Origin: Phormidium sp. | GTDB taxonomy: Bacteria > Cyanobacteriota > Cyanobacteriia > Cyanobacteriales > Aerosakkonemataceae | Reading direction: 5' to 3' | DNA: 64,000 nucleotides | NCBI GenBank assembly: GCA_051013385.1 | Contig: CP143273.1 | Location: forward strand, 640,001-704,000 | In this document: in pieces, positions 41,557-52,111 of the stretch | Numbering within the stretch: position 1 is the stretch's first letter | Layout of the letters: each line of letters starts with the position of its first letter | Program-made: the position numbers and the translations under genes | Notes under the pieces: model-generated | Seen by the model: only the letters and a program-made list of their open reading frames with translations | What the model was told of the DNA's origin: nothing | Database searches by the model: none

Positions 41557-42271
41557 ACTCAAAATTCTACAATCTACCAAGCGGGTACTGTTGATTTATT
41601 TGATTGCGATCGATCTAACCTTAGCAGCCATCTATCTCATTAGCACCATCTTATTTGGTAAATCTCTCAGCGAATTTGATTTTAATATACCCCGGACAAT
41701 CCCAGTTTTATTTGCTGCCTGTAAACTGTTTGCGATCGGTTTTTTGTTAACCCTAGCATCCTGTTGGCGACGGCATGAATTACCTAAAAAATCTTGGTTG
41801 TTACTATTAGCAGTCGGCACAGCATTTCTCTATGTATCGCAGGATAAAATCTGGAAAATCCACCTCCTTATCCATCGCTTCGATTGGATGCCAGAATTTA
41901 AAGGTGGGGGTATAGAATGGGTATTTTTTTATTTGCCCATTATCCTCTTAACTATCATATTAGGTTATCGACAATTAATAGCACTTTGGCGTGCCTATCC
42001 TAAAAGCACATTCTTTACTGTATTGGGAATAGTGATGTTTTTAATCGGAGGAATGGGAGTGGAAGTTATTCACGCTCAAATTTTTAAACAGTATGTTTCT
42101 CAAATAGCAGTTAGTCTTAATTCCACAACTGCGATCGTCAACTCAGTCAAAGATACAATTGAAGAATTGACAGAATTATTAGGTGAAAGCATCGCACTTT
42201 TCGGTCTAACTTTATTCTTTTCTAGCCGACTAGGGGCAGAAGGAATGGGGAAAATTGCATCGAAAATCTAA
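41549..42271 (+). CDS. Multi-pass membrane protein
   Basis: 240 aa with about 6 hydrophobic segments. Overlaps the kinase stop codon. Confidence 0.75.
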   Translation: MNKLKILQSTKRVLLIYLIAIDLTLAAIYLISTILFGKSLSEFDFNIPRTIPVLFAACKLFAIGFLLTLASCWRRHELPKKSWLLLLAVGTAFLYVSQDKIWKIHLLIHRFDWMPEFKGGGIEWVFFYLPIILLTIILGYRQLIALWRAYPKSTFFTVLGIVMFLIGGMGVEVIHAQIFKQYVSQIAVSLNSTTAIVNSVKDTIEELTELLGESIALFGLTLFFSSRLGAEGMGKIASKI

Positions 42272-42273
42272 AA

Positions 42274-42328
42274 TTTCCCAGTCGTAGGGGCGATTCATGA
42301 ATCGCCCGTACCCCAGTCGCCAGTCCCC
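42274..42328. repeat. Dispersed REP/STRR composite repeat, copy 1
   Basis: TTTCCCAGTCGTAGGGGCGATTCATGAATCGCCCGTACCCCAGTC..., essentially identical to 49146-49200. Confidence 0.8.
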
Positions 42329-42329
42329 T

Positions 42330-43688
42330 TCATTGAACCTTTAAACCAAAAACATTTAAAGATAGCGAGATTAAAGAAAGGAAAATTACAAATCCCACTG
42401 CATCCAAAGTAGTAGTTAATAACGGCCCACTCATCATCGCCGGATCGAGTTTTAAGCGCTTAATTCCCATTGGTAACAAAGTGCCTAAAATCACAGCGAC
42501 AAACACATTAATTGCCATGACTAACCCAGCGATTATACCCACCCATCTTGAACTCGGAGTAGTCCAAATAAAAGAGAGTAAAAACAAAGTTAAACCTAAA
42601 GCAGAAGCAGTTCCCAAAGCCGCTAAAATTTCCTTACGTAAAATTTTCAGCGTATCTAAAGGCGTAACTTCTCCTACACTTAAACCGCGAATAGTTACAG
42701 TGACAGCTTGAATCGCCACAGTTCCGCCAGTATTAGAAAAAATTGGCATAATTACCGCTAAAACTGGAACTTGGGAAATCACAGTTTGAAAAGGCGCGAT
42801 CGCACTTGCCGCCCCAATATACAACGCCATCACCCCCAACAACCAAGGTAAACGATTCTGAATCGTCACCAAAGGCCCAGACAAAGCTTCCTCATCACCA
42901 CTACTTAACCCAGCTAATCGCTGAATATCCTCGGTAGCTTCTTCCTCTAAAATGTCAATTACATCATCGATCGTGATAATACCCACCAAACGGTCTTCGC
43001 GATCGACCACAGGCAACGCAATCAAATCATAACGCTGCATCAATCGCGCCACCTCTTCTTGAGGCATTTCCGTATAAGCTTTAATCACCCGATTACTAGC
43101 AACATCGCGGATCAAAGCATTAGGAATCGAAAACAACAACTGCCGCAACGACACCACCTGCACCAACTTGCGGTTATCGTCCGTCACATAAGCATAGTAA
43201 ATCGTTTCCTTATCCTGGTCACTTAAACGAATTTTGCTTAAAGCTTCGCCAACCGTCAAACCTTCCCGCAACCGCACATACTCAGTCGTCATCACCCGAC
43301 CTGCCGTACCTTCTGGATAACCCAAAATAGTCGCCGTTGCTTGTCGTTCCGAAGGACTGAGTTGCTGTACCAATCGTTTTACCACTCCCGCTGGTAGCTC
43401 ATCAAATAATTCTGCCCGATCGTCCGGTCGCATTGCCTCCATAATCTGACATACATGAGTATCGTGCAACGAACCAATTAAATCTTCCTGCACTTCCTGC
43501 GGTAAATATTCAAAAACATCAATTGCCTGAGCTTTGTTTAACAAGCGAAAAGCGATCGCTCGTCGTTTCCTCGGCAACTCCGTAATATAATCGCCAACAT
43601 CCACCGCTTTTAAAGAATTAAGTTCCCACTTCAGCTGATTTAAATCAGCAATATCCTCTAGCGCAACACGCCCTTCCTGTGTCAGCAT
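42330..43688 (-). CDS. mgtE: Magnesium transporter MgtE
   Basis: MgtE N domain, CBS pair (TAGRVMTTEY, LVGIITIDD), membrane domain with RLPWL, NTGGTVAIQA and DPAMMSGPLLTTTLD. Confidence 0.96.
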   Translation of the reverse strand: MLTQEGRVALEDIADLNQLKWELNSLKAVDVGDYITELPRKRRAIAFRLLNKAQAIDVFEYLPQEVQEDLIGSLHDTHVCQIMEAMRPDDRAELFDELPAGVVKRLVQQLSPSERQATATILGYPEGTAGRVMTTEYVRLREGLTVGEALSKIRLSDQDKETIYYAYVTDDNRKLVQVVSLRQLLFSIPNALIRDVASNRVIKAYTEMPQEEVARLMQRYDLIALPVVDREDRLVGIITIDDVIDILEEEATEDIQRLAGLSSGDEEALSGPLVTIQNRLPWLLGVMALYIGAASAIAPFQTVISQVPVLAVIMPIFSNTGGTVAIQAVTVTIRGLSVGEVTPLDTLKILRKEILAALGTASALGLTLFLLSFIWTTPSSRWVGIIAGLVMAINVFVAVILGTLLPMGIKRLKLDPAMMSGPLLTTTLDAVGFVIFLSLISLSLNVFGLKVQ

Positions 43689-43733
43689 ACAACCTCCTAG
43701 TCTCCCCCGCGCCGGGAGACAAACGTCACCAGC

Positions 43734-43775
43734 TTAGGGGAGGATAATACTGTCAGATAATGGACTTTTGTCCAT
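43734..43775 (-). promoter_or_regulatory. Candidate mgtE leader peptide uORF (MDKSPLSDSIILP*)
   Basis: 13-codon ORF ending 45 nt upstream of the mgtE ATG, followed by a GTCTCCC/GGGAGAC hairpin abutting the TAGGAGG SD. Confidence 0.5.
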
Positions 43776-43957
43776 GAATTTAAAAAACTGAATTCGACAC
43801 TGATACAAATAGCACAGATAAGGCAGAGTACCAGTATTTATATGCTATCCCTTAAGCTGCTAATTCACAATCAAATCAGATTTGAGTAAGTTTTACAGAA
43901 CGGAGTGTCAATGCTAGAATTCAGCTACCGTAATCTATAAAATACAGAGATTTTCCA

Positions 43958-44080
43958 ATGGACGTAAAAATCGTTCTTTTAGCCTTAACCGTGATTTTTA
44001 TACTGTCAAGTCTGTTCTTCGGCACCAAAAATGGATTCTACGATTCAGACAATTATCACGGTAATGGAACAGCCCACTAA
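43958..44080 (+). CDS. ndhP: NDH-1 complex small subunit NdhP
   Basis: Below the ORF cutoff. Translates MDVKIVLLALTVIFILSSLFFGTKNGFYDSDNYHGNGTAH*. Confidence 0.9.
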   Translation: MDVKIVLLALTVIFILSSLFFGTKNGFYDSDNYHGNGTAH

Positions 44081-44310
44081 TATTGTTTCTCTTTAAAGTT
44101 TGCTACAGATAGCTGATGCTCTTAAACAAAGACACCCAGACGCAAAGACTAATTAGTAGCAGAATTTGAGAGAATTAATATTAGCCAAAAGTAAAGAGGC
44201 AAAATCAATAGACCGCATTTTCCCGTTCGCGGAGCCTGTGCCTAGCACCTACGGCTCTTTGCCTTTTTACTCTTCCATCTCAGGTTAGCGAAAAAGTAAC
44301 GGAAGGCATC

Positions 44311-45948
44311 GTGATTGATCTAGAATGCTTGCCCTACAGTGTCAATCATGCAGGTGAAGGGATTTGTCTATTACTACGGATGGGGCCATATCGCATTCTT
44401 TTAGATTGTGGCATGGCTGACATTTCAGCGTTGTTTGCTCCTAACAAAAAAATACCACCAGCTGATTTAGTATTATGTAGCCACGCCCATCCCGATCATG
44501 CTAGAGGTTTATTAGCATTACATAAAGCTTTTCCCCAGCTACCAATTTATGCCAGTGAAGTCACTACTCAATTATTGCCGCTCAACTGGCCTGAGACAGA
44601 CCCCAAGAAAATCCCGCCATTTTGTCAAGCTTTACCTTGGCGATCGCCGATCGAATTTCACGACGGACTTTGTGCCGAACTATTCCCCGCTGGACACTTA
44701 CCAGGCGCATCTGCCATCCGCCTCACCTACACTGCCCTTAGTCGCAGCTACACACTCCTCTACACAGGCGACTTTTTCCTCTCCAACTCGCGCTTAGTTG
44801 AAGGTTTACCCCTCGATGCCTTACGGGGAATCGAACCGGATATTCTCATTATTGAAGGCACTTATGGCACTGCCCGTCATCCCCACCGCCGCCAGCAAGA
44901 AAACCAACTCGCAGAACGCATTAGTCGCGCCGTTAGCACCGGAAAATCCATCCTCATGCCAGTCCCAGCATTAGGATTAGGTCAAGAAATCCTCATGTTG
45001 TTGCGGAGTCATCACCTATTTACAGGTCGAGACTTAGATATTTGGGTAGATGGCACAGTCGCCGCTGGATGTGATGCTTACCTGGAACTATTACCTCATC
45101 TTCCCGCTTCCGTCCAAAACTTTTCCCGTCACCAACCTTTATTTTGGGATGAACGAGTGCGCCCCCGTGTGCGCCGCCTACAACCTGAACAAATCCCCCA
45201 GCTAGGAAAAACTAGCTGCATCGTGCTGACTGATGAAACTGTTGATTTGAGTAAGTATCTTTATCCTAATGCTGAAGCTTGGGTAGTTTTATTACCGCAA
45301 AGACCAGGACGATCGACAATCGAAGATTATCAGATTCAGACCAAAAATTCTGGGACTCTCAGCGTGGAAAGTTACCTGTTAGCGCAACATTGTGATGGCC
45401 CCGGTACAACCCAACTGATCCATAATTTGCGCCCTCAGCACGTCGTTTTTGTTCACGGTTCTCCCACTTATTTAGCAGATTTAACTAGCTTGGAGGAGTT
45501 ACAAAACCGCTACCACCTACATTCCCCCAACGCTGGTACACTTGTAGAGTTGCCGATCGGGGAAACATTTTTACAACCCGCCGCCCCGGAAACTAACTAC
45601 GAAGGCGAACTCACAGAATTAGGTACGATCGTCACCATTAATTTACCAGACACAATTACCGCCGACCCCCGCTGGCAAAATTTTGCTGATACTGGTTTAG
45701 TGGAAGCACGTTGGCAAGGTGAGGAACTGGTATTGCGCGGGTTAACTCAACGAGAGTTACTGACTCAACGAAGCGATCGCCTACCCGCTGACCTAGCTTG
45801 CTGCGGTAATTGCCGTTATATGCGTGGACAACGCTGCCGAAATCCCGCATCACCTCTATTTGATTTTAAAGTGACACCCGACGGATACTGTCCTGTATTT
45901 GAACCCTCTTTGAAGCCAGAACGGGAAAACGGCGATAATTCTCATTAG
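44311..45948 (+). CDS. Metallo-beta-lactamase/beta-CASP fold hydrolase (putative ribonuclease)
   Basis: Motifs LLDCG, SHAHPDH, PAGHLPG, YTGDF, EGTYG and VFVHG, plus a C-terminal Cys cluster. Confidence 0.88.
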   Translation: MIDLECLPYSVNHAGEGICLLLRMGPYRILLDCGMADISALFAPNKKIPPADLVLCSHAHPDHARGLLALHKAFPQLPIYASEVTTQLLPLNWPETDPKKIPPFCQALPWRSPIEFHDGLCAELFPAGHLPGASAIRLTYTALSRSYTLLYTGDFFLSNSRLVEGLPLDALRGIEPDILIIEGTYGTARHPHRRQQENQLAERISRAVSTGKSILMPVPALGLGQEILMLLRSHHLFTGRDLDIWVDGTVAAGCDAYLELLPHLPASVQNFSRHQPLFWDERVRPRVRRLQPEQIPQLGKTSCIVLTDETVDLSKYLYPNAEAWVVLLPQRPGRSTIEDYQIQTKNSGTLSVESYLLAQHCDGPGTTQLIHNLRPQHVVFVHGSPTYLADLTSLEELQNRYHLHSPNAGTLVELPIGETFLQPAAPETNYEGELTELGTIVTINLPDTITADPRWQNFADTGLVEARWQGEELVLRGLTQRELLTQRSDRLPADLACCGNCRYMRGQRCRNPASPLFDFKVTPDGYCPVFEPSLKPERENGDNSH

Positions 45949-46162
45949 GGCTTGCTGAAAAAGTCTGTTGGTGGGGGTAGGGACACGGCATCATTAATAT
46001 TTGCAATTCCTACGTTATCTCTTTCATGCCGTGTCCCTACAATTTCCGCAGAAATTGGCCAGGATTTTGCGCCAAAAGGTCTGAAAAACTGGAACTTGTT
46101 TTGAGCAAAAAAGGCGCTTTCACCCTTGCCTATCTTACTTTTTACCTTTATTCAGCAAACCC
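45948..46162. mobile_element. MITE (~215 bp) with TA flanks and a nested REP-like palindrome
   Basis: TIRs GGGCTTGCTGAA / TTCAGCAAACCC with TA on both sides. Inner palindrome GTAGGGACACGGCAT...ATGCCGTGTCCCTAC at 45977-46040. Confidence 0.7.
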
Positions 46163-46206
46163 TAATTAACTCAATTTGCTAGTTGACAAGATTCAGGCTG
46201 GTATTC

Positions 46207-46249
46207 GGTAATGAGTAGTCGGGATTGAAAATTCCGACTACTCATTACC
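46207..46249. terminator. Strong hairpin downstream of the 46256-46567 gene
   Basis: 16 bp perfect stem GGTAATGAGTAGTCGG / CCGACTACTCATTACC. Confidence 0.65.
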
Positions 46250-46255
46250 TATTAA

Positions 46256-46567
46256 TTAATCTAGATTAGAATCCGGGAAATGATGGCGAATTTGCTCTGC
46301 TTCTGGACAATCATCCGAAACTAGAGGTTCGACATTGCCTCTCGGTACAGAAGCTAGTTTTTGACTTACGGCACCGATACTTTCTAAGCGTACCATCTCT
46401 TCCCAAGAAGAGACCTCATCATCTTCGTCTGTCTCATAGCGTAAAGTGACTAAATCTCCCTCAATATCGATGATTCGGGCGCGTTCAATCCAACGTTGCT
46501 GGTCCCGCAAGAACACACAGACTTCTCGACCATCGCAACAGAGTTGATATATCTTGCGGTGTAGCAT
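46256..46567 (-). CDS. Conserved cyanobacterial hypothetical protein
   Basis: 103 aa (MLHRKIYQLCCDGREV...WEEMVRLESIGAV). AGGAG upstream. Confidence 0.8.
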   Translation of the reverse strand: MLHRKIYQLCCDGREVCVFLRDQQRWIERARIIDIEGDLVTLRYETDEDDEVSSWEEMVRLESIGAVSQKLASVPRGNVEPLVSDDCPEAEQIRHHFPDSNLD

Positions 46568-47393
46568 ATATTGTTTCTCCTGAACAGGGAACTCTTCAAG
46601 TGCTTAGTTTGTTAATCTATCTTTGGCGACTGACTTCGGGAAAATTTCTTAACATTTAGCCAGCCATTTCATCTAAAGCCAGATACTCAGAGGTTTAACC
46701 ATCGAGATCTAGGCACCTCAGCATAAAATATTGCTGCATAAGCAGACAACATCCCGATGTTTATCTGATGCTAAGGTTAGAAAAAGTTTATCTCGAATTG
46801 AGCAACAGATAGCAGGTGGAAAAAAATTTTTCAGTTTCTCGGTAACGGTGGTAGTAATCATTTAAGGATAGTAGCGTTCAACTAGATTCGATCGCCTGTG
46901 AGGAATCGCCATTATATAGATACCTTTTATTCTATCAATACTTCTGTTTTATTACTCTAGGGAGAACTACCAATTTTGTAGTAATCACCGCAGCAAACTG
47001 TACAACTGAGGAAAATTTTCCCTTGGGTAGCTGTCTCCAACCCTTTACCCATCAAAGCTGTTAGCACTTGCCCCCTCATAATTGCCAAATGAGAAGCCCT
47101 GGGGAAAATAATTTTTTCTTTCTTGCTAAACTGAGCAAATCTGCACCAGCCTCTAGCAAAGCAGATTATTTATTTACTTTTTGCGGCATTACTTTTTGCT
47201 TGTCAACTATATGTAACTAATCGCAGAGCAATCTCAAGAGTAAATTCTAAAATTTAAAATAAAAGCGCAATTTTTTCCTATTTACAGACTAGCTAATCTA
47301 TCTAACGGCAATTTGCCTGCTCGGAGTTTTGCCGTTAGTCCTTGCCTATAATTAAATCTTAGTTAGGAGTTGTTTGATGTATCTATGAATACA

Positions 47394-47651
47394 CTATACT
47401 CCTCCTACCAGAAAAGTTAGTTGATGCGTATTTTCTAGACAGGGTTGCACGTACTCTATGAGAGTTTGCGTGACTGCCCCGCGTGCCTCTCGCTCAATTT
47501 GACCAGAATTTACTGCATTGTACAAGCAAGATAGGGCATCTAAGTCAGCGGATTGATAGCCTTTATGGGCCAGAACTTGACCAATAAGACCTTCAGAAGC
47601 AACACTTAAACACCCTGTTTGAAAAGCTGACTTAACTAGTGAACGAATCAT
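47394..47651 (-). CDS. Small hypothetical protein
   Basis: 85 aa ORF (MIRSLVKSAFQTGCLSVASEGLI...). Confidence 0.6.
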   Translation of the reverse strand: MIRSLVKSAFQTGCLSVASEGLIGQVLAHKGYQSADLDALSCLYNAVNSGQIEREARGAVTQTLIEYVQPCLENTHQLTFLVGGV

Positions 47652-48022
47652 AACGACTTCCTGAGCATCCTTGATGCGTTAACCGTCAATTCTAGTCTTA
47701 AACATCTGCGTTTAGAGGTAAATGACAGAAAGCGGTAGCAAGTTGTGATAAACTACCCTGTTAAACTGTGATTTGAGTCACTGAGGCTTTTAAATCGCTG
47801 ATTTTAAATATTGGTCTTCCAGTTTTTGCTACCAAAGTTGAAGTTTAAGACTGCAACTGAGAAATCAATCTATGTAATAGCTTATCTAGGTTACTGTTAA
47901 GATATCGTAAAGATCGTCAGGGTTAATTACAAAACCTTGGTGAAGATTATGGAAAGGGAAAAGCGATCGATCTCTTAGTAAAGTAGTGAAGTCAGGAAAA
48001 TTAGATTGAACAGGGGAGTATT

Positions 48023-48895
48023 ATGGAGTTTGCGATCGCAATCCAACAGCAGCAATACAAAACCTACATTCTCACCGACCATCATGCCCAATCCCGCATC
48101 GAAGTCGTACCAGAACGAGGTGGAATCATCACCCGCTGGCAGCTACGGGACGAAGAAATTCTCTATTTAGATGCCGAAAGATTTGCCAATCCCGACTTAA
48201 CCGTAAGAGGCGGAATACCCATCTTATTCCCCATCTGCGGCAACTTACCTGACAACACCTACACCATTCACGGTAAAGAATACCAACTTAAACAACATGG
48301 TTTTGCTCGTGACTTACCTTGGCAAGTAATCGACCAACAAACCCAAGAATGCGCCAGCATCACCCTACTTTTAGAAAGCAACGACCAAACAAAGCAGCTT
48401 TACCCCTTTGACTTTCAAGTTATCTTCACCTACCAACTCAAAGGCAGCACCTTAGAAATTCGGCAAAGTTACACCAACAAATCTGCTGAATCCATGCCCT
48501 TTTCCACAGGACTGCATCCTTACTTTACCACCGTAGATAAAACCGCGCTCCAGTTCCAGATTCCCTCAACTGAATACCAAGACCAGCGAAATAAAACAAT
48601 TCACCCCTTTACAGGCAGTTTCGACTTTGAAAGCGATGAAATAGATGTGGCATTTCGCGATTTAACCGATGTTTGGGCCAGGGTTACCGATAACAGCCGC
48701 CAACTCGATTTACATTTGAGTTACGATGATGCCTACTCTAGAGTCGTGTTTTGGACTGTCAAAGGCAAAAATTTCTATTGCTTAGAACCTTGGACTGCCC
48801 CTCGCAACGCCATGAACACAGGCGAACAACTGATTATTCTAGAGCCAGAAGCCTCCCTAGAAACAGTAGTTGCTCTCACCCTAACCCTCAGTTGA
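48023..48895 (+). CDS. Aldose 1-epimerase family protein
   Basis: Motifs RGGIPILFPICG, QHGFAR, GLHPYF and FYCLEPW. Confidence 0.93.
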   Translation: MEFAIAIQQQQYKTYILTDHHAQSRIEVVPERGGIITRWQLRDEEILYLDAERFANPDLTVRGGIPILFPICGNLPDNTYTIHGKEYQLKQHGFARDLPWQVIDQQTQECASITLLLESNDQTKQLYPFDFQVIFTYQLKGSTLEIRQSYTNKSAESMPFSTGLHPYFTTVDKTALQFQIPSTEYQDQRNKTIHPFTGSFDFESDEIDVAFRDLTDVWARVTDNSRQLDLHLSYDDAYSRVVFWTVKGKNFYCLEPWTAPRNAMNTGEQLIILEPEASLETVVALTLTLS

Positions 48896-48986
48896 TCGCA
48901 ACCGGAAAAATTTTTTCCTCAACCCCTTCCATTTTTCAGAATAGCTGTGCTATAGTGATAAACGTTGCGTAAAACATAAATAACAG

Positions 48987-49058
48987 GGGTCGCTAACTCA
49001 ACGGTAGAGTACTCGGCTTTTAACCGATTAGTTCCGGGTTCGAATCCCGGGCGACCCA
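48987..49058 (+). tRNA. trnK: tRNA-Lys (UUU)
   Basis: GGGTCGC/GCGACCC acceptor stem, anticodon loop CTTTTAA, T-loop GGTTCGAATCC. CCA not encoded. Confidence 0.97.
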
Positions 49059-49145
49059 TTTTTTAATTAGTATCCTCAATTGTACTTGCCGGGGAATTCT
49101 CCGAGCTGGGGATCAGGAAAGCAAGAAAAATTCAAAATTTAAAAC

Positions 49146-49200
49146 TTTCCCAGTCGTAGGGGCGATTCATGAATCGCCCGTACCCCAGTCCCCAGTCCCC
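49146..49200. repeat. Dispersed REP/STRR composite repeat, copy 2
   Basis: Same sequence as 42274-42328, followed by CCCCAGT/CCCCAAT heptamers. Confidence 0.8.
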
Positions 49201-49335
49201 AATCCCTTTTTAGCAATCTGAGCAAAAATTCCTAGAAGACATTCCATTGAGTCGCAAAATATCTTAAGATTATTCTAATCATTTAAGATTGTACAAACCC
49301 AATTAGCTGAGCAACCAAATATAGGAGGACCACTT

Positions 49336-50415
49336 ATGGCGATTGTACCAATGAGGCTGCTGTTGGATCACGCTGCTGAGAATGGATACGGTATTCCAGC
49401 TTACAACGTTAACAATATGGAGCAGATCCAAGCGATTATGCTGGCTGCTAAAGAAACGGATAGTCCCGTGATTTTGCAGGCTTCTCGTGGCGCTCGCTCA
49501 TACGCTGGAGAAAATTTTCTTCGCCATTTGATTTTAGCGGCAGTGGAAACCTATCCTGAGATTCCCATTGTAATGCACCAAGATCATGGCAACGCGCCAT
49601 CTACTTGCTACTCAGCCATCAAAAATGGGTTTACTAGCGTGATGATGGACGGCTCTTTAGAAGCTGATGCCAAGACTCCTGCTAGCTACGAGTACAATGT
49701 CAATGTTACTCGTGAAGTAGTCAAAGTTGCTCACTCGATCGGCGTTAGTGTTGAAGGCGAACTGGGTTGTTTAGGTTCTCTGGAAACTGGAAAGGGTGAC
49801 AAAGAAGACGGTCACGGTTTTGAAGGCACATTGTCTCATGACCAACTGTTGACCGACCCTGATGAAGCTGTTGACTTTGTGGAACAAACTCAAGTTGATG
49901 CTTTGGCGGTGGCTATTGGTACCAGTCATGGTGCTTACAAGTTTACCCGCAAGCCAACTGGTGAAATCCTGGCTATCAGCCGGATTGAAGAAATTCACCG
50001 CCGCTTACCTAACACTCACTTGGTAATGCACGGTTCCTCCTCTGTGCCTCAAGATTTACTAGACTTGATCAACCAGTACGGTGGCGCAATTCCTGAAACT
50101 TATGGTGTACCTTTGGAAGAAATCCAAAAGGGTATTAAGAGTGGTGTTCGTAAGGTGAACATTGACACCGACAACCGTTTGGCAATCACTGCTGCGGTAC
50201 GGGAAGCATTAGCTCAAAAACCCAGTGAATTTGATCCCCGTCATTTCTTGAAGCCTTCGATCAAGTATATGCAAAAAGTTTGTGCTGAACGTTATCAAGC
50301 TTTCGGCACTGCTGGTAATGCTAGCAAGATCAAGCAAATGTCTTTGGATGACTATGCAGCTAAGTATGCTAAGGGCGAATTGAATGTTGTTACTAAGACT
50401 GCTGCGACGGTCTAA
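49336..50415 (+). CDS. fbaA: Class II fructose-bisphosphate aldolase
   Basis: Motifs [36 protein letters not shown] and KVNIDTD. Confidence 0.98.
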   Translation: MAIVPMRLLLDHAAENGYGIPAYNVNNMEQIQAIMLAAKETDSPVILQASRGARSYAGENFLRHLILAAVETYPEIPIVMHQDHGNAPSTCYSAIKNGFTSVMMDGSLEADAKTPASYEYNVNVTREVVKVAHSIGVSVEGELGCLGSLETGKGDKEDGHGFEGTLSHDQLLTDPDEAVDFVEQTQVDALAVAIGTSHGAYKFTRKPTGEILAISRIEEIHRRLPNTHLVMHGSSSVPQDLLDLINQYGGAIPETYGVPLEEIQKGIKSGVRKVNIDTDNRLAITAAVREALAQKPSEFDPRHFLKPSIKYMQKVCAERYQAFGTAGNASKIKQMSLDDYAAKYAKGELNVVTKTAATV

Positions 50416-50714
50416 ATGGCAATTTTGCTAATTTAGTCCTTAATTTGCATAGATTTTGCGGGTAGTTTTTTAGGCTACCCGTTTTTTTCTTGGTTTGTTG
50501 TAACGACTTTATACTGTTCACGGTCATAGAGTAGGGGCTCCGCATTCCGGCAATAATTTGTTGGTGATCGCCAAATATATGTACCGGAATGCTGATGCCT
50601 ACGGCACGCACTCGCGTTCGCCCCTACAAATCAAAAACAACAGTTTGTGACCGCGCCGAGTATAGTCGTTTTTTTTCCTAGCATGAAACGACTGAAGTCG
50701 TGACAACGGACTTT

Positions 50715-51944
50715 TTAATCTTTGACTTCTACAACTGATTCGGTTGATGTGGGATTGGGTTTAGTGTTATTGAGGGAGGAGTTATCGTTGTTGGCTTTGA
50801 TGATGGCAGAGTTGTCTTTGGTGGTGTGATTATTTTGTTGGGCTTCGTCGGCTTTTCTGACGGAACGGATGGAGGTTAGTGCTTCTTTGATGACTACTGC
50901 GGTGGGTACTCCTAGTACTACTCCTAAGAGTCCGCCGATTCTGGCTCCGGTTAGGATGGCGATGAATACCCAGAAGGGATTTAATCCAGTGACGCTGCCT
51001 AATACTCTGGGTGCAATGATATTTTCGACTATTTGTTGGACAATGAGGGCGGCAGCTAGGACTTGTAAGGCTAATCCAATGTCTCTTAAGGCGACGAGAA
51101 AGGTTACTAGTCCGATGCCAACGGAGCCGCCAAAGGGTACGAGTGCCATTAAACCTATGGTGAGGCCAAATAGCAAGCCGAAGGGTACTTTTAGTAGTAG
51201 GAAAACGGAGATTAATCCAGAAGCCATGCAGGTGGCTAGGATTATTTGTCCGGTGAAGTAGTTTTGAAAGCTCGATCGCAATGTCTGAGAGAATGGCTTT
51301 TGAATGCGTGTCGGTAGCCACTGAATTAAGCTAACCCAAATATCTTTGCTATGAAGCAGTAAGTAAAAGGTTACTACTATTGTCAATAAGACATCTAACA
51401 ATCTGACTACAGTTAATACTGTGAGATTTAAGGCGAGATTGAGTGTTCTTCCGGCTATGTTTTGTAAGTTGGCTTTTAAGCGATCGTTAATTTGCCCGAT
51501 TAATCCATCTAAACTGATGGGTAATCCTACTATGTCAACTCTTTCGTTGATCATTACTAGTTGGCGTTGTCCTGAGTCGATCCATTCTGGTAATCTTGCT
51601 ACTAACTGTTGGGCTTGGGTAAAGGCTAGTGGCACTAGTGTTACTCCCACTGCTACCAAAATCAACACTGTAGATAAGAAGACGAAGATTGCTGCTTGAG
51701 CTCTGTTGACTCCCCGTTGTTCTAGCCAGTCTACGGGATAGCTCAGGAGAAAAGCTAACAGGGAAGCTACTAGCAGAATCACAAACAGGGATTCAAAATA
51801 ACCGAAAATTTCCGAAAATGCCCAAGCATTTAACACGGTAAGTGGTGCTGCTAGGGCAATTACTAGTAGGCGCGACAATGGAGTTAGGGCTTCCCACCAG
51901 TTGAGTAACTTACTTTTTGGTGGGGATGGTCGAGAACTAACCAT
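50715..51944 (-). CDS. AI-2E (PerM-like) family transporter
   Basis: Multi-TM protein with QQIVENIIAPRVLG, GLNPFW and GGLLGVVLGVP. Confidence 0.9.
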   Translation of the reverse strand: MVSSRPSPPKSKLLNWWEALTPLSRLLVIALAAPLTVLNAWAFSEIFGYFESLFVILLVASLLAFLLSYPVDWLEQRGVNRAQAAIFVFLSTVLILVAVGVTLVPLAFTQAQQLVARLPEWIDSGQRQLVMINERVDIVGLPISLDGLIGQINDRLKANLQNIAGRTLNLALNLTVLTVVRLLDVLLTIVVTFYLLLHSKDIWVSLIQWLPTRIQKPFSQTLRSSFQNYFTGQIILATCMASGLISVFLLLKVPFGLLFGLTIGLMALVPFGGSVGIGLVTFLVALRDIGLALQVLAAALIVQQIVENIIAPRVLGSVTGLNPFWVFIAILTGARIGGLLGVVLGVPTAVVIKEALTSIRSVRKADEAQQNNHTTKDNSAIIKANNDNSSLNNTKPNPTSTESVVEVKD

Positions 51945-52111
51945 GAAACTAGCTCAATTCTTCAGTGGTATTAGTGATTAGTGTAGTAGGGCGGGGATAA
52001 GATCACACTAACCTTTTGAGGGTATGGGGATGGGGATTGGGGATTGGGGACTGGGATTGCTTATAAATTAAAGATTTCACCAATTAATCTCGTACTAGAT
52101 AACCCATTAAT

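Noticed and set aside
48987..49058. tRNA-Lys as an island integration site
   Set aside because: It is flanked by core genes, with no integrase or duplicated tRNA 3' end seen.
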